DNA from: Chloroflexota bacterium
GTDB taxonomy: Bacteria; Chloroflexota; Dehalococcoidia; Dehalococcoidales; RBG-16-60-22
Length of the DNA: 64,000 nt
Assembly: GCA_018829775.1 (NCBI GenBank)
Contig: JAHJTL010000061.1
Span: forward strand, 5,280-69,279
Reading direction: 5' to 3'
In this document: in pieces, positions 1 to 8,223 of the stretch
Numbering within the stretch: the stretch's first letter is position 1
How the letters are laid out: every line of letters begins with the position of its first letter
Notes under the pieces: model-generated
Told to the model about the DNA's origin: nothing
Databases searched by the model: none
The model's input: the letters and a program-made list of their open reading frames with translations, nothing else
Position numbers and translations under genes: made by a program

Positions 1-1147
1 AATCGGAAGTCACGTGGCCTGCCTTCTGGCAAGGCAAAAATGTGAGGTCATCGTCCTGGAGAAGAAGGGGAGGGTGGGCCATAAACAATGCTGCACCGGC
101 ATCATCGGGCAGGAGTGTGTCCGCGCTTTTGACATTGATGAGAGTGTCATCCTGCGAAAGGTGAAAAGTGCACGTTTGTTCTCACCGGCGGGAAAAACGC
201 TTTACATAAGACGAACCGAGTATCAGGCCAGTGTTCTGGATAGAGCGGCATTTGACCTGGCGATGGCCCGGCAGGCGCAAGATGCGGGGGCGCAATACAT
301 ATTTAACCGTACCGTGCATGACATTCGAATGACGAGGGAGGGTGTGGAGGTACATTGTGAAGGGGAAGAAAGAGGCCTAAGTGCAAAGGCGGTGGTCATT
401 GCCAGCGGTTACGGTAGCCGATTGACTGAGAAGCTGGGGCTGGGAAAAATGACCGATTTTGTGGCCGGTGCTCAAGTGGAAGTAACCACAAAAGAGCAGG
501 ATGAGGTTGAGGTGTATTTTGGTCGGGAAACAGCACCCGGTTTCTTCGGCTGGCTCGTGCCGACGACTATGGGAAATGCCCGGGTTGGCCTGCTGTCGCG
601 TCGTGCGCCGGAAAAATATTTGAAAAGACTGCTGGAATCGCTGGCAGCAGAAGGCAAGATAGTGCCCGGCGAATGGGCACCAGGTTATGGTGCCATACCG
701 CTCAGGCCGCTGCGCCAAACGTATGGCGCAAGGATTCTGGTGGTGGGGGACGCTGCGGGGCAGGTCAAGCCGACCACCGGCGGCGGCATTTACTACGGCC
801 TGCTCTGTGCCGACATCGCGGCCAATATATTGAGCAGGGCCCTGCAGCAGAATGATTTATCGGCGAAAAACCTTTCCCGGTATGAGCGGGAATGGAAACG
901 CAAAATCGGTCGGGAGCTAATGATTGGCTACTGGGCGAGGAAACTCTCCGAGCGTTTAAGTGATCAGCAGATAAACCGTTTATTCGATGTGATTAAAAAT
1001 AACCGCATTGATAAGGCACTACTTGAAGCCACAGACGTATCATTTGACTGGCACAGTCGGGCAATCGTGAAACTGCTCGGACGTGCGGTGGTAGCCAGAG
1101 TGCTCGGAGGCGTCAGGCTTCCCTCCCGAGGTGGCAAAGATATATAA
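1..1147 (+). CDS. Geranylgeranyl reductase-family FAD-dependent oxidoreductase (5' end outside window)
   Basis: ORF 14..1147 stays open back to position 2 (IGSHVACLLARQKCEVIVLEKK looks like the tail of an FAD Rossmann fold). It has an internal VVGDAAGQVKPTTGGGI motif typical of GGR/FixC-like flavoproteins. Confidence 0.75.
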   Translation, partial: IGSHVACLLARQKCEVIVLEKKGRVGHKQCCTGIIGQECVRAFDIDESVILRKVKSARLFSPAGKTLYIRRTEYQASVLDRAAFDLAMARQAQDAGAQYIFNRTVHDIRMTREGVEVHCEGEERGLSAKAVVIASGYGSRLTEKLGLGKMTDFVAGAQVEVTTKEQDEVEVYFGRETAPGFFGWLVPTTMGNARVGLLSRRAPEKYLKRLLESLAAEGKIVPGEWAPGYGAIPLRPLRQTYGARILVVGDAAGQVKPTTGGGIYYGLLCADIAANILSRALQQNDLSAKNLSRYEREWKRKIGRELMIGYWARKLSERLSDQQINRLFDVIKNNRIDKALLEATDVSFDWHSRAIVKLLGRAVVARVLGGVRLPSRGGKDI

Positions 1148-1167
1148 TAATTTGTCTGGGTGGTTTT

Positions 1168-1974
1168 ATGACTGACCAAAGCGCACAAAACATTAGTCTG
1201 GAGGAAGCCGCTGGCCAGTTTCTGGCTGGACTGACATCCAAAGAAAGGGAAGTCAGCCAACCGGAGGTGTACAAGTTTGTCCGCTGGTTTGGACGGGAGC
1301 GGGCGTTAGTAAATCTCAACGCGCGGGAAGTGGCCAACTATGCGGAGCGATTGTCTTTATCTGATACTGATTACGGGCGAAAGCTTGACCAGTTGCGTGC
1401 CTTTCTGACGCATGCCAGAAAAGCAGGGTGGAGCAAGGCAAATCTGACCGTCCATCTCAAGGCAAAGAAGGTGAAGGCCAGCCCATCGCCGGGGACCTGG
1501 GGACTGCCTGAAGTGATTGAACTGACGCGTCAGGGATATGATGAGCTTGAAAACGAACTGAATGTGCTGAGGAACAAACGACCTGAGCTCATCGAGCAGA
1601 TACGCCGGGCTGCCGCCGATAAGGATTTTAAGGAAAACGCGCCTCTGGCTGCAGCGAGGGAGCAGCGCGGGTATCTGGAGGGGCGGATTAAAGAACTGGA
1701 AGAAACGCTCAAGTTGGCCAAGGTTATCGAAGAGCAGCCAAAGGAAGGTCCCAAGATAAACATTGGCGACCGACTTATCCTGCAGGACCTGGCTTCCAGC
1801 GAAGAGCTAAGCTGCCAGATTGTCAATCCAAGAGAGGTGAACCCGGCGCAGGGTAAAATCTCCAGTGCTTCCCCACTGGGCAGCGCACTTGTCGGGCGGA
1901 GTGAAGGAGAGACGGTTGAGGTTGCGGTGCCCGCGGGCAGGCTGCGCTACCAGGTCAAACAGATTGAACGCTAG
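1168..1974 (+). CDS. greA: GreA-family transcript cleavage factor with ~115-aa N-terminal extension
   Basis: The C-terminal ~155 aa have a coiled-coil tip KDFKENAPLAAAREQ (cf. GDLSENAEY, acidic D and E kept). The globular domain is INIGDRLILQDL...ISSASPLGSALVGRSEGETVEV. The N-terminal 1-115 is extra. Confidence 0.8.
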   Translation: MTDQSAQNISLEEAAGQFLAGLTSKEREVSQPEVYKFVRWFGRERALVNLNAREVANYAERLSLSDTDYGRKLDQLRAFLTHARKAGWSKANLTVHLKAKKVKASPSPGTWGLPEVIELTRQGYDELENELNVLRNKRPELIEQIRRAAADKDFKENAPLAAAREQRGYLEGRIKELEETLKLAKVIEEQPKEGPKINIGDRLILQDLASSEELSCQIVNPREVNPAQGKISSASPLGSALVGRSEGETVEVAVPAGRLRYQVKQIER

Positions 1975-2023
1975 GCAGGCGAGTTATCCCGCTGATTCAT
2001 CTGTGTTATAATTTAATATCGGT

Positions 2024-2099
2024 GGGGATATAGCTCAGCTGGGAGAGCGCTGCGTTCGCATCGCAGAGGCCGGGGGTTCGAATCCCCCTATCTCCACCA
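2024..2099 (+). tRNA. tRNA-Ala (anticodon CGC), CCA encoded
   Basis: The cloverleaf was read by hand. Acceptor GGGGATA/TATCTCC has the G3:U70 Ala identity pair. D arm is GCTCAGCTGGGAGAGC. Anticodon stem is CTGCG/CGCAG with loop TTCGCAT. T arm is GGGGG-TTCGAAT-CCCCC. Discriminator A is followed by CCA. Confidence 0.95.
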
Positions 2100-2102
2100 T
2101 GG

Positions 2103-2326
2103 TGGACGGAATAAAGAACCCCCATCTTTTCTTCAGACTTGTCATCAGGCGGGAGCGGCATTGTATAACTGAGCAACACATCATTACCCGTCACCTCCAC
2201 CTCTTTAACGTCAAGCCCAAGCTTGCCCGTTTCCAGTGCATCGTATGATCTCTCCAGGCGGCTATTTGTGCCAGCAATTTCACCTGAGAGCACATCCAAT
2301 TCTTGCAGGTAACTCCCAGCAGTACT
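2103..2326 (-). pseudogene. Remnant of a (large serine?) recombinase C-terminus abutting tRNA-Ala
   Basis: The minus-frame translation is ...YLQELDVLSGEIAGTNSRLERSYDALETGKLGLDVKEVEVTGNDVLLSYTMPLPP. This resembles the coiled-coil/C-terminal end of phage-type serine recombinases. There is no catalytic domain, the frame is bounded by a stop, and it runs into the tRNA antisense. Confidence 0.35.
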
Positions 2327-2600
2327 ATATCAAGCTGCGTCTAATGGCTTGGTCTTGCGTTAAGCCACTAATACCTATAATTTTCCTCTTACCAGCGATA
2401 CCTTTTTCAATAGTCAGGTTGCTCTTACTCACTTCCAAAATATCGCTGAGGAATTTGATTAACTCCTGATTAGCTTTACCCTTTATTGGAGGTGCAGCAA
2501 TTCTTACATACAGCACCCCGTCTTTGAAGCCTAACACCTGGTTCTGACCAGCATTAGGCTGAACCCGAACCACGATTCTTGTTTGTACTCCCTCCGCCAT
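2325..2600 (-). CDS. DUF167 (YggU-like) family protein
   Basis: MAEGVQTRIVVRVQPNAGQNQVLGFKDGVLYVRIAAPPIKGKANQELIKFLSDIL matches the DUF167 signature (V.P.A.....G......L.V....PP..GKAN.ELI.FL). The ATG at 2600 was chosen over the longer ORF. Confidence 0.75.
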   Translation of the reverse strand: MAEGVQTRIVVRVQPNAGQNQVLGFKDGVLYVRIAAPPIKGKANQELIKFLSDILEVSKSNLTIEKGIAGKRKIIGISGLTQDQAIRRSLI

Positions 2601-2826
2601 AATATTGCTTATTCTATCATGTGGCGATGACACATACCATCTTATTGTTGAATAGCTACCAACAATGAAGATTAGCATTGCGCCATAAAGCTACGCCTTG
2701 CGCCTTACGCTTTTCATCATTAGAATAGAGAAGTCGAGCTAGGTGGCTAGTTTGAAAGCCAGACTAAGAGTTCTTTGTTCTGTCCATGTAGCTCCACCAA
2801 ATTTTTTAATCATCAATCTTAGATTC

Positions 2827-2934
2827 ATGTCATGTCTGCATATTAACGGAACAAAGCTCTTTTATGAATGCACGGGTGCCGATAGCCCGCCGCTAGTGTT
2901 TGTGCACGGCTTTGCCTGCGGCCATGATGACTGG
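2827..2934 (+). pseudogene. Alpha/beta hydrolase, N-terminal fragment
   Basis: MSCLHINGTKLFYECTGADSPPLVFVHGFACGHDDW is a typical alpha/beta-fold start (HG oxyanion motif). The reading frame then continues into unrelated sequence. GC here is host-like. Confidence 0.6.
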
Positions 2935-3027
2935 GGAGAAAAGGTGGAGGTTCTGGAGCCGGCAGAATTGCGAGAGGAAGTGAAAGAAACAGCAAAGGCG
3001 ATGGTGGAAGTTTACCAGAAAAAGTAG
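2935..3027 (+). pseudogene. C-terminal tail fragment of a WYL/YafY-type regulator (fused in frame to the hydrolase fragment)
   Basis: GEKVEVLEPAELREEVKETAKAMVEVYQKK* resembles the conserved V.VLEP..LR......Y C-terminus of WYL-domain regulators. Only ~30 codons are present. Confidence 0.35.
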
Positions 3028-3083
3028 AGATTTTGACACAGGGGTGTCAAAGAGGTGGGGGAAAATAACAGGAGAAGGATTAG

Positions 3084-4139
3084 ATGCCTCATAATATTTT
3101 TGAAATTCTGTCAAAATACAAGAAACAAGAAGACTACTGGACTGCAGCACTCGTTCATCTTCTTGAAAACCTATGGGGTAAACGTGACGGCACGAAGAGT
3201 CGTAAAGTTTGCTCCGAATTATTAAGCTGTATCTGTGGTGAACCATTCGATACCAGTGAAAAAGTTACGTTCGAAACTCAGAGATTTTATAAGAGTGAGG
3301 AAGCGGATGCTGGGAGCAGATTGGATTTAGAAATAACCACTAGAACCAAACGGATATGGATAGAAGTTAAAGATCGATCCAGTCTCCGCCCAGGGCAAAT
3401 AGATAAATATTTATCTGAACTTACTGACTCTAAATATCCTGAGAAAGTGAAGAAACTAGTATTACTGCGACTCTTGTATGGCGATTGGAAAGAGGCCAAG
3501 AAAGCTCATAGCAGGGCTTACTGGTTTGAGATTTACGATTGGCTGGAAAAGCTGAAGAAACAAGCAGGACTAGATGATAACACCATTCAAGGGAATATGG
3601 TGAAACAGTTTTTGGGATTTTTGGAATTAAAGGGGGTCAGAATAATGAGCAAGCTCGATAAAGAAGCTTTCGAAAATGGATTAAGCCAGATTATAAGCCT
3701 TATAGCTATGCTCAAACAAGTAGTGCAGGAAATGCAATTTAGGGTTTTAGATAACAAGTCGAGTGAATATGGTAGCGACTGGTTTATGGGATTCTGTTTT
3801 GAGTTGAACCTCAAAGATAATCAGGGCGATAGAGACTTTATAGGATACCGTTTGAGACAAGGTAAATATAATGTAGGTATCGACCCAAATGATTCGGAAA
3901 ATTTGTATATGGGCATGAGAATTAAAGATATAATTCTAAAGGACGAGAGGATTATTCAGGAGAAATTAGAGGATGGTGATTTGTATAAAGACGACGGATG
4001 GATATGGTGCCATAGCTCACTCACTAATGTCTTGAACAAACCAACAAAGGATAAGCAAATAGAACAACTGGGTATTCTTTTCAAGAGGATGTTTAAGCGA
4101 TTAATGGAAGTTCAAAGACTAAGACCAGGTAAACCATGA
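3084..4139 (+). CDS. PD-(D/E)XK nuclease-superfamily protein (351 aa), function unknown
   Basis: The ORF is complete, with RBS AGGAGAAGG 6 nt upstream. The N-terminal half has E...(RLDLEI)...x13...(IEVKDRS) = D-x13-E-x-K, followed by GQIDKYL, as in PDDEXK_4-like families. The C-terminal half is unrecognised. The gene is AT-rich. Confidence 0.5.
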   Translation: MPHNIFEILSKYKKQEDYWTAALVHLLENLWGKRDGTKSRKVCSELLSCICGEPFDTSEKVTFETQRFYKSEEADAGSRLDLEITTRTKRIWIEVKDRSSLRPGQIDKYLSELTDSKYPEKVKKLVLLRLLYGDWKEAKKAHSRAYWFEIYDWLEKLKKQAGLDDNTIQGNMVKQFLGFLELKGVRIMSKLDKEAFENGLSQIISLIAMLKQVVQEMQFRVLDNKSSEYGSDWFMGFCFELNLKDNQGDRDFIGYRLRQGKYNVGIDPNDSENLYMGMRIKDIILKDERIIQEKLEDGDLYKDDGWIWCHSSLTNVLNKPTKDKQIEQLGILFKRMFKRLMEVQRLRPGKP

Positions 4140-4195
4140 GGAAACATTTATACCTAGACGCTTATCTAGATATAGAAACTACCGGTCTGTCCTGC
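4136..4195 (+). pseudogene. N-terminal fragment of a DEDD / RNase-H-fold exonuclease
   Basis: MRKHLYLDAYLDIETTGLS carries the Exo I motif D-x-E (DIETTGL). Its ATG overlaps the preceding stop (ATGA). Homology is lost after ~20 codons, where hydrolase sequence resumes in another frame. Confidence 0.45.
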
Positions 4196-4199
4196 CTGG

Positions 4200-4580
4200 A
4201 TGCACCGCGCTTTTGCCAATATGTTTATCAGTGGAAGCGATGCCTCGTTGAAGGCCAGTATCCTCAAAAGAGCGATGGCCTTACCGGAGAAGGTAGGCAT
4301 TCCCCTGTTTGCCAGTCTCTGTGGCTGGGATGCTGAGAAGATGGACTCGACCCTGGCCCAAATCAGCGTACCGCTACTGATGATACAGAGCACCACCGTG
4401 AATGCGAATCTGGAACGCGTTTCTCTCCAGCCGGGAGCCAGCACGCCGTGGATGGAGCTGGTTAAGAATCATGTGCCCCGGGCACAGATAGAAATCATCG
4501 GCGATACCGGGCATTTCCCGATGCTGGAAGCACCGGAAGCCGTCAATCAGCTCATTGGTTCATTTTTGGCTTCATCGTAA
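4200..4580 (+). pseudogene. Alpha/beta hydrolase, C-terminal fragment
   Basis: ...VPLLMIQSTTV...QIEIIGDTGHFPMLEAPEAVNQLIGSFL is the canonical C-terminal third with the catalytic His. It lacks the Ser-nucleophile region and a credible start. Confidence 0.6.
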
Positions 4581-5800
4581 GCCATGACGGTGTGCAGAAG
4601 CACATTGGCGCCAGCGGCTATATATTCCGGCGTCGTATTCTCCAGTTCATTATGGCTGATGCCGTTTTCGCAGGGTATGAATATCATACCCGTCGGTGCT
4701 ACCCTGGCAATATAGACGGCATCATGGCCGGCCCCGGAAATCATATAGCGGTGACGGTAACCCAGCTTTTCGGCGGCGTTGCGTACATGATTGATGCATT
4801 CCCTATCGAACTCCATTGAGGCCACGTTCCAGTTGTTTACAAGCTTGGCTTCTACATCAGCCTCTCTGGCGATGGCATCGACCTTTTCCCTGAGTTCCCG
4901 GTCCATCTGGAGCAGTGCGTTGTCATCCGGGTGGCGGATGTCGACGGTGAAGAAGACCGACCCCGGGATTACATTTCTCGAGTTTGGCCTGACGGTAACC
5001 AGGCCGACCGTCGAAACGGCTGGAGCGTGGTCCAGGGCGATTCTCTGGATTGCCTCGACCATCCTGGCGCAGGCCACCATGGCGTCGTGGCGAAGGTGCA
5101 TGGGCGTGCTGCCGGCATGGGCATCCTGCCCGGTTACGGTGACCTCATACCATTTCTGTCCCTGCATGCCGGTGACCACGCCAATCATCTTATTCTCCGC
5201 CTCTAGGACCGGCCCCTGCTCGATGTGAAGCTCAAAGTAGGCACCAAGTTTATGGTCGCCGCATTTCTGCCCGCCGCGGTAGCCGATGCGCTCCAGCTCC
5301 TCGACGAACTTCTTTCCGTCACGGTCCTCAATGTCATAGGCAAAGTCGCGCTCAAACACACCGGCGAACACCCCGGAGGCCAGCATCGGCGGCGTGAAGC
5401 GGGAACCTTCCTCGTTGGTCCAGTCGATCAGCTCCAGGGGGGCAGTGGTGGTGTATCCAGCGTCATTCAGTGTGCGTAACACCTCGAGGCCGCAGAGGAC
5501 GCCGGCGATGCCGTCGAACTTGCCTCCGGAAGGCTGTGTGTCTAGGTGGCTCCCGATGGCAATCGGCGGCAGCGTATCCATCTTGCCGGGACGCCGGGCA
5601 AAGATGCTGCCCATTTCATCAACGTTGACGGTGCACCCGACAGCCTCGCATTGCTTAACAAACCAGTCGCGCACCTGACGGTCAGCATCAGACAGTGTCA
5701 GGCGGCAGACACCGCCTTTATCGGTACCACCGAACCTGGCGGTCTCCATAATGGTATTCCACAGTCTTTTCCCGTTAACCTGTAAATTTTTCATAGCCAT
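4547..5800 (-). CDS. N-carbamoyl-L-amino-acid hydrolase / allantoate amidohydrolase family (M20)
   Basis: Contains GSHLDTQPSGGKFDGIAGV and NEEGSRF motifs, with the overall AmaB/AllC-like layout. Confidence 0.85.
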   Translation of the reverse strand: MAMKNLQVNGKRLWNTIMETARFGGTDKGGVCRLTLSDADRQVRDWFVKQCEAVGCTVNVDEMGSIFARRPGKMDTLPPIAIGSHLDTQPSGGKFDGIAGVLCGLEVLRTLNDAGYTTTAPLELIDWTNEEGSRFTPPMLASGVFAGVFERDFAYDIEDRDGKKFVEELERIGYRGGQKCGDHKLGAYFELHIEQGPVLEAENKMIGVVTGMQGQKWYEVTVTGQDAHAGSTPMHLRHDAMVACARMVEAIQRIALDHAPAVSTVGLVTVRPNSRNVIPGSVFFTVDIRHPDDNALLQMDRELREKVDAIAREADVEAKLVNNWNVASMEFDRECINHVRNAAEKLGYRHRYMISGAGHDAVYIARVAPTGMIFIPCENGISHNELENTTPEYIAAGANVLLHTVMAYDEAKNEPMS

Positions 5801-5809
5801 CTCCAGTAT

Positions 5810-7087
5810 CTAAATGGTCCGCACCCCGCACCAGTCTATGATGAAGGCGGCAAGCACTTTGGTACAATCGAGCAGGGAGTCGATATCCACATACTCGTTC
5901 ACGCCGTGGATATTTCCGCCGTTCGGGCCAAAAGTGATAGCCGGCATATCGAAGAACGGTGCCAGGCGGGTGTCCAGACCCCACGTAGCCCCGATAATAT
6001 CGAAATCGGATTGCAGGGTGCTGTCGGCGGACGACTTGAACGCCAGAACAAACGGGTCGTTCGGGTCCTGCCCCCATGGTATAACCTGTTTTTCGCGCCA
6101 GATGACTTCCGGCGGGTGCTGGCGCAGCCACTCATCGCTCTCCGCAGCCTTTTTCACCGCTTGCTGAACCTGTTGCTTTACTTCATCCACACTTTCGGCG
6201 GGCAGGTGGGACATACGGCACTCAATCTCCGCCCATCCAGGCACGGTAGAAACCCAGTCGCCGGCATGGTAGGTTCCGATGTTCAGGTGGCAGGAGCGGC
6301 CGGCGTGTTTTTCGAAAAGGTGATGGCGGTTATCCTGCGCTCGCCGGTCATCAAGTTCAACCAGGGCATCGTAGACGATGTTCATCTTGCCGATGGCATT
6401 GACGCCGGTATGCGCCACGCCGGCATGGGCTGACTTCCCGATTACCCTGACCTTACAGAAGAGAATACCGGGATGAGCGATAGTTATCTTCATGTTTGGC
6501 TCGGGGATTACAAGCCCGTCGGCGGTGAACCCATCGAGCAGGCAGGCTAACGTACCACCTCCGGCCATCAGTTCTTCCTCAATGACGCTCTGCAGGATTA
6601 CCGTGCCTTCCGGCTTGAGTCCGTTTTCCAACAAGGCTTTCAGTGCGTAGCAGTTGGCAATCAGCCCCGCCTTCATATCGCAGGCACCACGACCGTACAG
6701 TTTGTTCCCCACCGCCCGCCCCTCCCAGGGCGGGAACTCCCATTCGGCAACCGGTTCCGGAGAGACAACGTCGATGTGCCCGTTCAGTACCAGAGACCTG
6801 GCCGATGGTTTCCCCTCCAGGACACCGACGATATTGGGGCGTCCGCTGTAATCAAACGAGGATTTGACGTATGCCTTATGGCGGCTGATTTTATCATAAT
6901 CAGCGTCCCGAGACGTCACCTTCAATCCCAGGTCAGAGTACAGGCGGTGCATGTATTTCTGGGCCTCGCCTTCCTGGCCGGTGATGCTGGGAATCCGGAC
7001 CAGTTCGCTCAGGGTGCGGACAATTTCACTGCGCTTATTCTCTATATGGCGAAAAATCTTTTTCTTAGTATCGTCCTTTTCGGCCAT
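5810..7087 (-). CDS. ArgE/DapE-family M20 metallopeptidase/deacylase
   Basis: LVRIPSITGQEGEAQ...LVLNGHIDVV...GRGACDMKAG...EEE are M20 motifs. The ATG at 7087 (MAEKDD) is preferred over the upstream ORF start. Confidence 0.85.
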   Translation of the reverse strand: MAEKDDTKKKIFRHIENKRSEIVRTLSELVRIPSITGQEGEAQKYMHRLYSDLGLKVTSRDADYDKISRHKAYVKSSFDYSGRPNIVGVLEGKPSARSLVLNGHIDVVSPEPVAEWEFPPWEGRAVGNKLYGRGACDMKAGLIANCYALKALLENGLKPEGTVILQSVIEEELMAGGGTLACLLDGFTADGLVIPEPNMKITIAHPGILFCKVRVIGKSAHAGVAHTGVNAIGKMNIVYDALVELDDRRAQDNRHHLFEKHAGRSCHLNIGTYHAGDWVSTVPGWAEIECRMSHLPAESVDEVKQQVQQAVKKAAESDEWLRQHPPEVIWREKQVIPWGQDPNDPFVLAFKSSADSTLQSDFDIIGATWGLDTRLAPFFDMPAITFGPNGGNIHGVNEYVDIDSLLDCTKVLAAFIIDWCGVRTI

Positions 7088-7173
7088 GCAAGTACCTTCC
7101 GCATATTGGTAAAGAATCAAAACTATCACTCACTGTATCAGAAATCAACCTTTGAGGCAATGCGTTGTGGCAA

Positions 7174-7202
7174 TTGCCAGAACCGGTTGTCCGTGATATA
7201 TT
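7174..7202 (+). promoter_or_regulatory. Putative sigma70-type promoter for the cyclodeaminase-family gene
   Basis: TTGCCA (7174-7179), a 17-nt spacer, then TATATT (7197-7202). It lies ~30 nt upstream of the GTG at 7232 with a GAGAGAGG RBS between. It overlaps the palindrome GGCAATTGCC (7169-7178). Confidence 0.35.
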
Positions 7203-7231
7203 GCTATCAAACGTGATGAGAGAGGAAAACA

Positions 7232-8209
7232 GTGCTGTTACTGAATCAGAATGACGTAATGAAAGTGCTGGACATGGCAGAATGCATGGAGGTGGTGGAA
7301 AAGGCCTTCGTCGAGCTTGCCTCCGGCACCGCGGTTCTGCCCCTCCGCATCAACCTGTTCACGCAGGAAGGTCTGGGGCTGTACATGCCGGCGTATCTCA
7401 AAGAGATGGGAGCGCTCGCCTGCAAGGTGGTGACCAGCTACGTAAACAATCCGGCGAAGCACAACCTGCCCACTATCCTTGGGAAAGTGCTGCTTCAGGA
7501 CCCGGAAACGGGCGACGTTATCTGCATTATGGACGGCGGCTATCTCACCGCGGTCAGGACCGGTGCCGCCAGCGGGGTCGCCACCAGGTATCTGGCCCGC
7601 GAAGACACAGGGCAGAAGGTCGGGATATTCGGTGCCGGGGCGCAGGGCCGAACGCAGCTCTGGGCGATGACGGTCGCCAGAGACATTGCCAAGGCCTATG
7701 TGTATGACGTTCATGATGAGGCGGTGAGCCGGTTTATCGCGGAGATGACTTCAAAGCTTCAGATGGATATTGTCAGGGCGAAATCACCCGAGCAGATTCT
7801 GGAAGATGCGGATATCATCTGCACTGCCAGCTCCTCGCCCACACCTTTGTTTGACGGGAGTTTGGTGAGAGAGGGGACCCACATCAACGGCGTTGGCAGC
7901 CACACCCCCAATGCCCGTGAGCTGGACACGGCCATCATCAAGCGGTCGAAAATAATCGCCGACTCATCTGACGCCTGCCTGAGAGAGGCGGGCGATATCA
8001 TGATTCCCATTCAGGAAGGGGCGATTGATAAGTCACATCTGTATGCCGAGCTTGGCGAGGTGATTATCGGGAAGAAGTCGGGTCGGGCCGACGCCAGGGA
8101 GATAACCCTGTTCAAGTACAACGGGCTGGCCATTCAGGATGTCGCCGCCGCCAAGCTGGTCTATGACAAAGCGGTGCAGGCAGGCATCGGCACGAACGTT
8201 GAATTATAG
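7232..8209 (+). CDS. Ornithine cyclodeaminase / mu-crystallin family protein
   Basis: N-terminus LLNQNDVMKVLDMAECMEVVEKAF, GYLTAVRTGAASG, and NAD-binding site GIFGAGAQG. Confidence 0.85.
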   Translation: MLLLNQNDVMKVLDMAECMEVVEKAFVELASGTAVLPLRINLFTQEGLGLYMPAYLKEMGALACKVVTSYVNNPAKHNLPTILGKVLLQDPETGDVICIMDGGYLTAVRTGAASGVATRYLAREDTGQKVGIFGAGAQGRTQLWAMTVARDIAKAYVYDVHDEAVSRFIAEMTSKLQMDIVRAKSPEQILEDADIICTASSSPTPLFDGSLVREGTHINGVGSHTPNARELDTAIIKRSKIIADSSDACLREAGDIMIPIQEGAIDKSHLYAELGEVIIGKKSGRADAREITLFKYNGLAIQDVAAAKLVYDKAVQAGIGTNVEL

Positions 8210-8223
8210 CCTTATCTTTATCA

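Noticed and set aside
2743-2826. An upstream extension of the hydrolase-fragment ORF (MASLKARLRVLCSVHVAPPNFLIINLRF...).
   Set aside because: Homology-like hydrolase sequence begins at the ATG at 2827 (MSCLHINGTKLFYE). The extension is AT-rich and featureless.
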